From: Alphaproteobacteria bacterium
GTDB lineage: Bacteria; Pseudomonadota; Alphaproteobacteria; CBDBCS01
Reading direction: 5' to 3'
Length of the DNA stretch: 64,000 bases
Assembly (NCBI GenBank): GCA_965203415.1
Contig: CBDBCS010000006.1
Location: 702,500 to 766,499, forward strand
A model generated the notes under the pieces. It was not told the origin of the DNA and ran no database searches. It saw only the letters and a program-made list of their open reading frames with translations. Below are positions 9,777-18,786 of this stretch, in pieces. Each line of letters starts with the position of its first letter. The first letter of the stretch is position 1. Made by a program: the position numbers and the translations under genes.

Positions 9777-11438
9777 CTAGCTCCCCCCTGATTCCACCTG
9801 GGCTGGCGAATCATCAGAGACGCCAGCCTCGGGGGCGGGCTCGGGGAGGGCATCAGGTGCGACAGACGGCGGCTGGACTTCCTCGGACGGCGTGAGACCC
9901 AAGGTCTCCACATTCAGAAGACCCACCGCGGCCAATAGATTAAACTGAACGGCCGGTGTGTCAAACCGGTATTCTGCCTCTTGGGTCTCGATGGTCAGCG
10001 AGCTGCGTCGCGCGTCTAAAACCTGAAAAATGGGAATGGTCCCGCTTTCGGCTTGAGCCTCCAGCTCGTCGATGGCGAGGCGCTCGGCTTCCAGAGCCGC
10101 CTGTAGATTCACATAGCCCTGCTCAAAAGTCCGCAACTGAGACCAGGCGTTTCGGACTTGTTCCACAATCTGGCGGCGCACCGTTAAAGCCGATTGCTCT
10201 CGCTGGCGGACTTGAAACTGACTCTCGCGACGGAGCGAACGGAGAACCCCGCCCTGAAAAAGAGGCGAATTCAAATTGAGCAAAAGCGAATTGGAACCCG
10301 TCGGGTCCTCTTCGATTTTGCCCGTGCTGGAGGTGAACTGGAGTCCCAATTCGGGGAGTAATTCCGAATCGCTGCGCCGGGCGAGTTCCTCCCCCTCCCG
10401 GATGCGGAAAAGAGCCGCAATGAGCCCCGGGTTGTTCTGAAGCGCCGAATCAATCGCCGCCTCCAGCGAAACGGGAAGCAGCTCTAACACTGTGTCCACG
10501 CCGTCCAGGGTCAATTGACCGATTTCCGCCTCGCCAATGATGCGGCGTAAATTGTTTTCGGCAAAAACCCGCTGAACGCGCGCCTGATAGAAATCCGAAA
10601 CCGATTGGTTATAGAGCGACAAAACCAACCGCAAATCCGCCCCAGAGATCGTGTCTGCCGCATAACGCTCTTGGGCAGACTGTAAGAGCTCATAGCTGGT
10701 GTCGGTGTGATCAACATAGAGCCGATAAATCGTCTCGGCGGCCAGAGCCCCAAAATAGGCCGCGGCAATCTCGTTGAGGATGCGTTGTTGCTGGTCGTTA
10801 AAGTCGAATTGCGCCGCTCTCAGCGCGGCTTCGCTGGCACGGATGGTGTGTTTACGGCGTCCGAACGAATAGAGACTCTGGTCCACGGCGACGCCAACGC
10901 TGTATTGGTCGCCGTCCCGCACATCGGGACGGATATCCTCGGTCGTGCCGCCGCTGGCCGTGAAACGCACCGTGGGCAGATACCCGGACTTGGCCTGCGT
11001 GACGCGTTCTTCGGCAGACCGAACCTCCGCCAGAGCCACCGCAAGCCGAGGGTCGTTCTCTAACCCGTCTACAAAAGCATCCGAGAGCGTATAAACCGAA
11101 GCCGGGGGGTCGTCCGTCAACTCCAGCGGCGGGGGAATGGCGATGCCACCACGTTGCCCGGGGCGTTGTCCGGGATTCACAGACCGAGGCGCAGGGCGCG
11201 GCGGCGCGGCCTCCGGAGATGTTTCTTGGGAAGTTCCTTCCGCCTCTGGGTCATAGATGAACGAATCGCTTTGAGGCGGAGGCACCTCAGATTCGCCAAT
11301 CGGACGCCCCGTGAGCGGGTCTGTCAAAATCGTCTCCTGCCCCCAGATGGAGCCCGCATAAACCAGCCACACCACAAGCCCCACAAACAGGCCACGTCTG
11401 CAAAAAATTCCCCTGGTCTGCTTGCACATCCTGGACAA
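9777..11438 (-). CDS. tolC: TolC-family outer membrane channel of the type I secretion system
   Basis: Two OEP repeats (ENDPRLAVA..AKSGYLPTV; NNPGL..LLPEL..PLFQGG); signal peptide followed by a Pro-rich stretch; alternative ATG at 11429. Confidence 0.92.
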   Translation of the reverse strand: MSRMCKQTRGIFCRRGLFVGLVVWLVYAGSIWGQETILTDPLTGRPIGESEVPPPQSDSFIYDPEAEGTSQETSPEAAPPRPAPRSVNPGQRPGQRGGIAIPPPLELTDDPPASVYTLSDAFVDGLENDPRLAVALAEVRSAEERVTQAKSGYLPTVRFTASGGTTEDIRPDVRDGDQYSVGVAVDQSLYSFGRRKHTIRASEAALRAAQFDFNDQQQRILNEIAAAYFGALAAETIYRLYVDHTDTSYELLQSAQERYAADTISGADLRLVLSLYNQSVSDFYQARVQRVFAENNLRRIIGEAEIGQLTLDGVDTVLELLPVSLEAAIDSALQNNPGLIAALFRIREGEELARRSDSELLPELGLQFTSSTGKIEEDPTGSNSLLLNLNSPLFQGGVLRSLRRESQFQVRQREQSALTVRRQIVEQVRNAWSQLRTFEQGYVNLQAALEAERLAIDELEAQAESGTIPIFQVLDARRSSLTIETQEAEYRFDTPAVQFNLLAAVGLLNVETLGLTPSEEVQPPSVAPDALPEPAPEAGVSDDSPAQVESGGS

Positions 11439-11524
11439 AATCCATTTCTATCTGTCGGATTCCATGGGCCTGGGCTAATCCCGGGGCCTTTTTGGTCGCC
11501 TGGCGAGAACCGATACGATACGGC

Positions 11525-13699
11525 TCACTCGGTCAGGGAACGCCGCACAACATCCGTAATGGGCGCGGTCAGATATTGAATCGCGGTACGCTGCCCGCCT
11601 TCGACGAAGAGCTCCACGGGCATGCCCGGCAGAAGTTTAAGCGAGGGGTCCAGCTTGTCAAGCTCCTCTTGCGAGACCGTGACTTGTGCGATGTAAAAAG
11701 GTTCGCCCGTAATCTCGTTCGGTTGCGCATCGGCACTCACTTGGTCCACGACGCCCATCAGCTCGGGGGTCGAGCGGGCGGGAAAAGCCGTCAGGACAAT
11801 CCGAACGGGGAGGCCTGTGTAGACACTATCGACATCCGTCGTCCGAACCTGGGCTTCTATGATGAGTTGGTCATCGGTCGGCACAATGTCGAGAATCGGT
11901 TGAGCCGGCGGAATCACGCCCCCCTCGGTGAAAATACGGAGGCCGAAAACGGTCCCCGCTTGAGGCGCCCGGATCTCGGTGCGACGCACGACGTCCTCGG
12001 TCGCGACAATTTCCTCGCGCAGTTCAAAATAGGTCTCCTGGGCTTCCAGGAGATTGTTGGCAATCTCCTGCTGGACCTGGCGCGGAATTTGGAGCAATTG
12101 CTGCTCGGATTCCGAGATGGCGACCTGAATTCGAGCAATTTCGGACTCATAGCTTCCAAGACGGCCCTCCAGGTCGGCCGTGAGATTAACCTGGTCGCTC
12201 CATTCCTTCTGCGTGGTGAGATTATTGCGACGGAGGCCCTCAATGCGGCTGAGTTCCGCCCGGGCAACCGAAAGCTGCGTCTGGGCGGCTCTGAGCTGGG
12301 CTTCTATGCCCGAAATTTGCTCGCGCAACTGACGGATGCGCTGGGTCTGAATGACAATCTGACCGGTAATCTGCTCGCGACGCGCCTGATAAATATCGGT
12401 TTGCTGAGACATCACCTCGAGAGCGACGGGATTCCCAATCTCACCGGCTCTTAGCAGCTCTGGGTCGAATTGGATCGTCTGATTGCCGTACGCGGCCGCC
12501 TCTTCGGTGCGGCCCTCCACGAGAAGCCGATAATACCCCGTCTCAAGCTGGAGCCGATTGCGTAGGGCTAAGGTATTGTAAAGCCGAGCCTGCAATAAGG
12601 TGAAACGCGCCATCGGCTGAGTCTGGTCCAACTCCACAAGCAAATCATTCGCGGCCACCTCGCTCCCCTCTTCGACGTGGAGTTTGGCGACAATCCCGCC
12701 TTCCAGGTGCTGGATGGTCTTCCGGCGCGACTCAACCGATATCTGACCCGAGGCGATCACGCCCTCGGACAGAGGGGCGAAAAAAGCCCACGCCAGAAAA
12801 ACGCCCATCCCCCCCAGAGCAATCATCCCACCATAGCTAATAAGTCGATCTTCCGAAACCAGTTTCTTCAGCGTAACTTGGGCGGGCGGATTTTCCGACT
12901 CTGGGTCGTCGGCCGGCGGGGAAAAAAGCGTGGACACAAAACGCTTCAAACGCCCGACCAAACCGGGCGGGGTTTCGTCTATGACGACCTCAGGGGCGGC
13001 TTCCGAATCGGGGGAACCACCGCCGCGGCTCGAAGCAGAACCCGCCTGGCCATCCGATGGGGAAGGAAGGGGGTCCGGAAAGCCCTCCGCCGGGGGGGCT
13101 CGCCCCCCCCCCGGCGAAGACGCCGCCCCTTCGGCAGAAGGCGGCGGAAGAGCTCGCTGGGGAAACTGTTGAGACTGTTCGACAAAAGGCCGGTCCGACG
13201 ACAACAGAGATGAATCCGACGTTCGCCCGGGGCTGGCAGCCGCGAAGGGCGTCGTGAGTTTCAATTTCGGAATCTTGGGGACGCCTGCCGGACGCCGCTC
13301 TGAACTCGACTTCGCCCGCGAGACACGCCCACCCGGAACTTTACCCGGGATTTTACCCGGGACTTTACCCGGGGTTTTATCAGGCGAGACGCGGGTCGAG
13401 GCGGGGGCAGACCTGCCAGAAGCGGCCGTGGTGGCCACGCCGCCAGACGCAGACGGCTCTTTGAGCGACGCTTTAAGCCCTGCTCTAGGTTTCACGAGGG
13501 CCGCCACGACCCCAGCCCCCCGGGCCTTTCGAGACCCGATACCACCAGGACCACCTGTATCAACCGCTTTAACGGACTTGCCGGAGGCAGCCCGGGCCCT
13601 GACCCCGGCGCTTCCCCGTCCGGCCTTAAGTTCGGAACCAGCTTCAGAGCCGGTCTCAGACCCAGGCGAACGTCGCCTGGACTTCTTCGTTTCTACCAT
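11525..13699 (-). CDS. HlyD/PrtE-family T1SS membrane fusion protein with ~280-aa low-complexity N-terminal extension
   Basis: WAFFAPL..GVIASG, KTIQHLEGGIV, IRAPQAGTV, VSADA and LLPGMPVE motifs. Confidence 0.95.
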   Translation of the reverse strand: MVETKKSRRRSPGSETGSEAGSELKAGRGSAGVRARAASGKSVKAVDTGGPGGIGSRKARGAGVVAALVKPRAGLKASLKEPSASGGVATTAASGRSAPASTRVSPDKTPGKVPGKIPGKVPGGRVSRAKSSSERRPAGVPKIPKLKLTTPFAAASPGRTSDSSLLSSDRPFVEQSQQFPQRALPPPSAEGAASSPGGGRAPPAEGFPDPLPSPSDGQAGSASSRGGGSPDSEAAPEVVIDETPPGLVGRLKRFVSTLFSPPADDPESENPPAQVTLKKLVSEDRLISYGGMIALGGMGVFLAWAFFAPLSEGVIASGQISVESRRKTIQHLEGGIVAKLHVEEGSEVAANDLLVELDQTQPMARFTLLQARLYNTLALRNRLQLETGYYRLLVEGRTEEAAAYGNQTIQFDPELLRAGEIGNPVALEVMSQQTDIYQARREQITGQIVIQTQRIRQLREQISGIEAQLRAAQTQLSVARAELSRIEGLRRNNLTTQKEWSDQVNLTADLEGRLGSYESEIARIQVAISESEQQLLQIPRQVQQEIANNLLEAQETYFELREEIVATEDVVRRTEIRAPQAGTVFGLRIFTEGGVIPPAQPILDIVPTDDQLIIEAQVRTTDVDSVYTGLPVRIVLTAFPARSTPELMGVVDQVSADAQPNEITGEPFYIAQVTVSQEELDKLDPSLKLLPGMPVELFVEGGQRTAIQYLTAPITDVVRRSLTE

Positions 13700-13890
13700 T
13701 TTTCACAACCTTTTTTGAAAGACCCGGCGATAGATTCTCACCACAAACCGGGTCGGCAACCATCTCGACCTCCGAGCCGACGTCGAGCTGAACGTACAAA
13801 CCTGACGGGAACCTCTTCGAGGGGCACGCCCAAGAACACGACTCAGGAACACACCCAAGAATATACCTGGGGGAATGCCCTAAGACTAGA

Positions 13891-15585
13891 CTAGGACGCG
13901 CGCCTTTTCACATATTTATCCAGGACTTCGCGAGCTGGGCCGATGGCCTCCATCAGGCCTTCGCGCAAAACCATCACCAAATCGGCGTGGAACAAAATAT
14001 CCAGATTGTGGGCGATAATCACCTGAGATGCTTTGCGTTGCTTGGAAGCCAGAACCGCTTTCACCAAAGCCTGATTGCCAAGAGGGTCCAAATTGGAATT
14101 CGGCTCGTCCAGGACCAGAAGACTCGGCTGCCCGTATAAGGCCCGAGCCAAACCGACGCGCTGGCGCTGGCCACTGGAAAGACGGTTCCCGCGCTCGCCA
14201 ATCTCGGTCAAATAGCCCTGCGGCAAACGCAAAATCATATCGTGACAATCCGCCATCTGCGCCGCTTTGATGACCTGCGAGGGGTCAAAGTCCTTCTCAA
14301 ACCGTGAGATATTCTCAGCCACGGTGCCCGCAAAGAGCTCGATCTCCTGGGGCATATACCCAACACTGCGGAGGCGATCCTTGTCCGAGAGCTGCGACAT
14401 TTCCGCCCCATCGAGCCGCACACTCCCCGTAATGGGCGTCCACACCCCGACCATCAGACGCCCGAGCGTCGATTTGCCCGACGCCGACGGACCGATCACA
14501 CCCAAAAGCTGTCCCGGCTCTATCTGCAATTGGATGCCTCGCACGACCGGGAAGCGGACCTCGGGCGGGCCACCGGCCAGGTCTTTGACGGCAAAATAAC
14601 CTTGAGCCTCGGGCAAATCAATGACTTCGGCTCGGCTGGGCGTTTCCGCCAGAATGGCCTTCAGACGCGCATAGGCCCCTCGGGCTTGCACAAAAAGCCG
14701 CCAGCCGCTGATGGCCTGCTCTACGGGGGCGAGACCGCGACCCATCACGATAGAGGCCGCAATCATAATGCCCGGTGTAATCTCTTGAAGCAAAACGAGA
14801 TAGGCCCCCGCTCCTAGAATGCCGACTTGTAGAGAAAATCGGAAACTCTTGGAAATCCCCAGCAAAACGCCCAGACGCTCGTTGGCGTGGGCAGCGAGAT
14901 TCACAGCAGGGTCGCGGAAACGACGCCATTTACTCTGGAGATTCGGCAACATCCCCATCGCCTGGAGCGCATCCGCATTCTTCAGAGACGTCTCGGCAAA
15001 ACTGGAGGAAACCGCACTATAGCCGGCCGATTCGCGCAACAGACGGCGCGAGGTCAACTCTGTCGAGAGGGCCAAAATGAAAATCACAACCGCCCCGAAA
15101 GTCGCAATAATCCCCAGATACGTGTTGAATAAATACACAAGGAGAATATAGAAGGGCATCCAGGGAACGTCGAAAAAAGACAGAAGCCCCGGCGACGTCA
15201 TGAAATTGCGTAAGGTCTCGAAATCCCGAAGCGGGAGACTCTTGGCCCGCGTGCGCCGTAAATTAGAGTGAAATAAGCAGTAAAAAACCCGGTCGCCAAG
15301 CCTATTATCGATGCGCTCGCTCACGCGGACCATGAGACGCTGGCGAAGAATGTCTATCAGAGCCATCATCCCCAACAAAAACAGCGCAATGACCGTCAGA
15401 GCAATCAGCGTATCCACATTGCCGGAACTCAGAACGCGATCGTACATCTGCAACATGTAAATCGGCGAGACCAACAATAAAAAATTGGTGAAAATGCTGA
15501 AGACCCCCACCATGAAGAAAGTCCGCCTCGACTCGCCGAGGGCTTCCCGCAATTCATCTTTAGGCTTCGGTTGGGTAACAGTCAT
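13891..15585 (-). CDS. Type I secretion ABC transporter, PrtD/AprD type (no C39 domain)
   Basis: YMLQMYDRVL, FFDVPW.P, Walker A GPSASGKST, GYMPQ, signature LSSGQRQR, Walker B LVLDEPNSNLD. Confidence 0.96.
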   Translation of the reverse strand: MTVTQPKPKDELREALGESRRTFFMVGVFSIFTNFLLLVSPIYMLQMYDRVLSSGNVDTLIALTVIALFLLGMMALIDILRQRLMVRVSERIDNRLGDRVFYCLFHSNLRRTRAKSLPLRDFETLRNFMTSPGLLSFFDVPWMPFYILLVYLFNTYLGIIATFGAVVIFILALSTELTSRRLLRESAGYSAVSSSFAETSLKNADALQAMGMLPNLQSKWRRFRDPAVNLAAHANERLGVLLGISKSFRFSLQVGILGAGAYLVLLQEITPGIMIAASIVMGRGLAPVEQAISGWRLFVQARGAYARLKAILAETPSRAEVIDLPEAQGYFAVKDLAGGPPEVRFPVVRGIQLQIEPGQLLGVIGPSASGKSTLGRLMVGVWTPITGSVRLDGAEMSQLSDKDRLRSVGYMPQEIELFAGTVAENISRFEKDFDPSQVIKAAQMADCHDMILRLPQGYLTEIGERGNRLSSGQRQRVGLARALYGQPSLLVLDEPNSNLDPLGNQALVKAVLASKQRKASQVIIAHNLDILFHADLVMVLREGLMEAIGPAREVLDKYVKRRAS

Positions 15586-15653
15586 TGATAAAGATACCTA
15601 TGGCACTTGCGTGCGGCAGGAGGAGCTCCTATAAACGCGGGACATGCGGGCAC

Positions 15654-15680
15654 AGAAAAGCACGCTCCCGGACGGGAGCG
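15654..15680 (-). terminator. Possible intrinsic terminator after the PuuB-like gene
   Basis: Minus strand CGCTCCC-GTCC-GGGAGCG followed by TGCTTTTCT. Confidence 0.4.
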
Positions 15681-15739
15681 GCGAGCCCGGAGCCACTACC
15701 CTATATGAAAAACTCTCGTTTTGCAAGCCCACACACGCT

Positions 15740-17131
15740 TCACCACCCCAGCTTATCCAGAGAACGATAAAAAAAACTGCCCGCTAACAGCAGAAAAGGC
15801 CGCAAGGCCTCGCCCCCGTAAAAGGGACGCTTGGGGAGCCCCAGAAGCCGCGCCCACGCCTCGGTGGCTTCGTCGGACTCTGAAGCGCGCGGGGCAGCTC
15901 CCTCTAGCGAGGCCAACAGTGCCGGAGCCAGCACACACCCGCCCAAGCCCGTCAAACTGACACCGTGTCCCGAAAAACCATGAGCATACCAGAGCTTTCC
16001 ACCTTCTAGAACGCCGAACCCGGGCATGCGCGAGCGGGTGATGCCGACTCGACCTGACCAACTATAGGCCAGGGGCACAGAAGCGAGGTCTGGATAGACG
16101 CGCTTCAGGTGGGCCCGAACGCGCTCGGTTTCCTGAGGGCGGGCTCGGAGACGCCAGCCCTCGCTCCCGCCAAACAAAAGGCGCCCGTCCGAGGTCCTGC
16201 GATAATAGTCTAGAAAAAAACGGGTGCCGCAAACACAAACGCCCGTCGGTAAAACCGTCGAAGCCGCCGCCCCAGATAGAGGCTCGGTCGCGATGATATA
16301 GCTGTAAATCGGAAAAATAAAGGGCTTCAAACCCGGATAGAGGCCATCTAAATAGGCATTGCACGCCAGAACAACGCGGCGCGCCTTCACATACACCCCG
16401 TCTCGAGTCCAAAGTTTAACCCAAGGCTGGACCCCGGGATTCGCCCCGGTCTTTTCGATCTCGATTTTGAGAACCGGGGTCTCTTCATAGATTCGAGCCT
16501 TCCGCTTCACCGCCGCCGCCGCTAAGCCCTGAGCCAGTTTGAAAGGATGGAGATGGCCGGCCTCTCGGTCCAGCACTCCATTGTGATAAATCGAACTACC
16601 CGTGTGCCGAGCCACTTCTTTTTTGTCTAGTAGAACCAGATTCTCGGCCAGACCCAGGGTCTGGGCTGCCTCGTATTCGGCCCGGAGATGTGCCGCATGA
16701 CGACGATTGTCCGAAGCCGTCAAAGCTCCCGGGACAAAATCCGCCTCGATGGCATAGCGTTTCATGACGGCTTTAACATGATTTTGGGCGGATTTGGCGA
16801 GGCGGGATAAAGCCAGCGTCTCTTCGGGACTGTAGGTTTGGCTCAGGCCGGCGACACCGCTGCGCCAGTCGCTCAAGAGCTGCCCTCCATTGCGACCCGA
16901 GGCACCCCAACCACAATGACGAGACTCGAGCACGACGACCTGGCCGCCGCGCTCGGCGACGCCCAGAGCCGTGTGAAGCCCGGTGAACCCGCCGCCGATG
17001 ACGGCGATATCGGTCTCTATGGTCCGGTCCAGAGCCGGATAAACCGCCCGAGAAAAGGTCTCGGTGTAATAGTTAAAACCGGTCTGACCGGTCTGACCGG
17101 GCGAGGCTGTGGCGGGATGAGCCTGGGGCAC
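15740..17131 (-). CDS. FAD-dependent oxidoreductase, gamma-glutamylputrescine oxidase (PuuB/OrdL)-like
   Basis: IGGGFTGL, GWGASGRNGGQ, GHLHPFKL, IATEPL, LDYYRRT.DGRLLFGG and GFSGHGV motifs. Confidence 0.88.
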   Translation of the reverse strand: MPQAHPATASPGQTGQTGFNYYTETFSRAVYPALDRTIETDIAVIGGGFTGLHTALGVAERGGQVVVLESRHCGWGASGRNGGQLLSDWRSGVAGLSQTYSPEETLALSRLAKSAQNHVKAVMKRYAIEADFVPGALTASDNRRHAAHLRAEYEAAQTLGLAENLVLLDKKEVARHTGSSIYHNGVLDREAGHLHPFKLAQGLAAAAVKRKARIYEETPVLKIEIEKTGANPGVQPWVKLWTRDGVYVKARRVVLACNAYLDGLYPGLKPFIFPIYSYIIATEPLSGAAASTVLPTGVCVCGTRFFLDYYRRTSDGRLLFGGSEGWRLRARPQETERVRAHLKRVYPDLASVPLAYSWSGRVGITRSRMPGFGVLEGGKLWYAHGFSGHGVSLTGLGGCVLAPALLASLEGAAPRASESDEATEAWARLLGLPKRPFYGGEALRPFLLLAGSFFYRSLDKLGW

Positions 17132-17167
17132 GCATGGATCCTGTTCTATGGGCGTTTGCTTTTTGTT

Positions 17168-17827
17168 CTAAAAAACAAAATGAGCTCTGGGTTCGAAGCC
17201 GGGCAAAAATTCCGTGCTGAAATAGGGCCCATCTTGGACTGAAAAATGGGCGCCTCGGCGCAGCATGAGCTTGATTTGGCCGGGGGCCTCGGCGGTTTCG
17301 GCGAAAAGACCGACGAGACGCCCGTCTTTCGGCGTCAATTGCCCGCCCAGACCTGTCAGGTCCAAAGGCGGAATCGCACTCGCCCCCGCCAGGAGAATCG
17401 CATCAAAGGGAGCCTCAGAGGGCAGGCCGTCCGTCAGATTCGCTCCGCTGACGACGACCGCCTGCAAACCCTGGGCGAGGAGATGTTCTTGGATTTTTTC
17501 AACCCGAGCCCCCGTCTCGCCCGTCACAAGAACGAGAACCCGCCGCGTGAGGTGACACAAAAGAGCCGCCATATAACCCGACTGGTCGCCCACAACCAAA
17601 ACCGTCTCCCCGGCGGACAAAGCCGCCAATTGAGCCAGCTGCGCAATCACCAAAGGCGCAGGGAGATAATAGCCGCCGCCCAGCGGGTGCGACGAATCGC
17701 TGTAAGCAAAACTGCGCCGGGACGCGGGCACAAAAAGAGCTCGGTCCACCCGACGAAACCCCTCCAAAAGGGCTTCGTCTCTGATGCCGTTCGGACGGAG
17801 TTGGGTGTCGATCATGGACTCACGCAT
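17168..17827 (-). CDS. pcm: Protein-L-isoaspartate O-methyltransferase family protein
   Basis: R..MIDTQLRPNGI.D, VDRALFVP..AYSD, APFDAIL and GRLVG motifs; SAM motif I is atypical (VVGDQSGY). Confidence 0.85.
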   Translation of the reverse strand: MRESMIDTQLRPNGIRDEALLEGFRRVDRALFVPASRRSFAYSDSSHPLGGGYYLPAPLVIAQLAQLAALSAGETVLVVGDQSGYMAALLCHLTRRVLVLVTGETGARVEKIQEHLLAQGLQAVVVSGANLTDGLPSEAPFDAILLAGASAIPPLDLTGLGGQLTPKDGRLVGLFAETAEAPGQIKLMLRRGAHFSVQDGPYFSTEFLPGFEPRAHFVF

Positions 17828-17888
17828 GATTCGAAAAAACGAGCCCGTTTGTCCGGCTTAAGCCCGCCAGAACAGAAGAACCGAGGGG

Positions 17889-17976
17889 TGGTGCCCAGAA
17901 GAAGACTCGAACTTCCACGGAGTTGCCTCCACAGGTACCTGAAACCTGCGCGTCTACCAAATTCCGCCATCTGGGC
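17889..17976 (-). tRNA. tRNA-Leu (anticodon CAG)
   Basis: GCCCAGA/TCTGGGC acceptor stem with encoded CCA; D-loop TGGTAGAC; anticodon stem CAGGT/ACCTG with loop TT-CAG-GT; long variable arm; T-loop GTTCGAGT. Confidence 0.97.
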
Positions 17977-18099
17977 CTCTTTACGTCTTGTGGTTCATCG
18001 TATCCAGCCACCCCACACCGACCCCCCGGCGTGTCCACGGTGTGTCCCCGGTGTGTTCGGCGTGCTAACCAAGGCCGGGGAGCGGGGCCGAAACAGCTT

Positions 18100-18786
18100 T
18101 CACGAGGACGCCTCGCCTTGTGCCGCGACGTCCGGGCCCGGTCCAAGATAAGAGACAATCACTTGTGTAATAGCCTCTTTCTTCGACGAGGCGTCCAGCC
18201 GAACCAACTTATCCCCATAATAAGAAATCAGAGGCATGGTGTGTGCCTGATAGGTCGTATAACGCTCGACCGCGGTGGCCTCTGTGTCGTCGCTCCGGCG
18301 CGAAAAAGCCGTCCCGCCGCACCTATCGCAACGCCCCGCCTGAGCCGGCAGGTGATACTGCTCGTGATAAACGGCCCCGCAGGCGGTGCAAGCAAAACGC
18401 CCCGTCAGACGGCTGATGAGACTGTCTAGCTCTAGCTCCATGAGAAAAACAAAATCGATCTGGCTCCCGAACTCGGACAGCAGGCCGTCCAGAGCCTCGG
18501 CCTGCGCCACCGTCCGTGGAAAACCGTCAAAAATGAAATTGCGGAGAGCCGAACGAGGATGGGCCGTTAAATTCTTCCGTATAATATCCACCATAATCGC
18601 GTCCGAAACCAGCCGGCCGGCGTCTATGGTTTCCTTGACGCGATGCCCCAGTTCTGTCTCGGCGGCGAGCTCTTTGCGAAGCAAATCGCCCGTCGCCAGA
18701 ACTTCCATTTGGAATTTCTCGCGAACAAAAGCAGACTGCGTCCCCTTGCCACACCCGGGGGGGCCTAAAAAAATGAGATTGGCCAT
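18100..18786 (-). CDS. adk: Adenylate kinase (Zn-lid type)
   Basis: GPPGCGKGTQ, TGDLLR and DGFPRT motifs; CxxC..CxxC lid. Confidence 0.97.
   Translation of the reverse strand: MANLIFLGPPGCGKGTQSAFVREKFQMEVLATGDLLRKELAAETELGHRVKETIDAGRLVSDAIMVDIIRKNLTAHPRSALRNFIFDGFPRTVAQAEALDGLLSEFGSQIDFVFLMELELDSLISRLTGRFACTACGAVYHEQYHLPAQAGRCDRCGGTAFSRRSDDTEATAVERYTTYQAHTMPLISYYGDKLVRLDASSKKEAITQVIVSYLGPGPDVAAQGEASS

Noticed and set aside
8694-12454. Long plus-strand ORFs (8694-9665, 8881-9780, 11492-12454; likewise 31941-32945)
   Set aside because: Antisense shadows of well-supported genes in GC-rich DNA, with no family motifs
17889-17976. tRNA-Leu as an integration site of a genomic island
   Set aside because: No integrase and no duplicated tRNA 3' end seen; flanking genes are housekeeping
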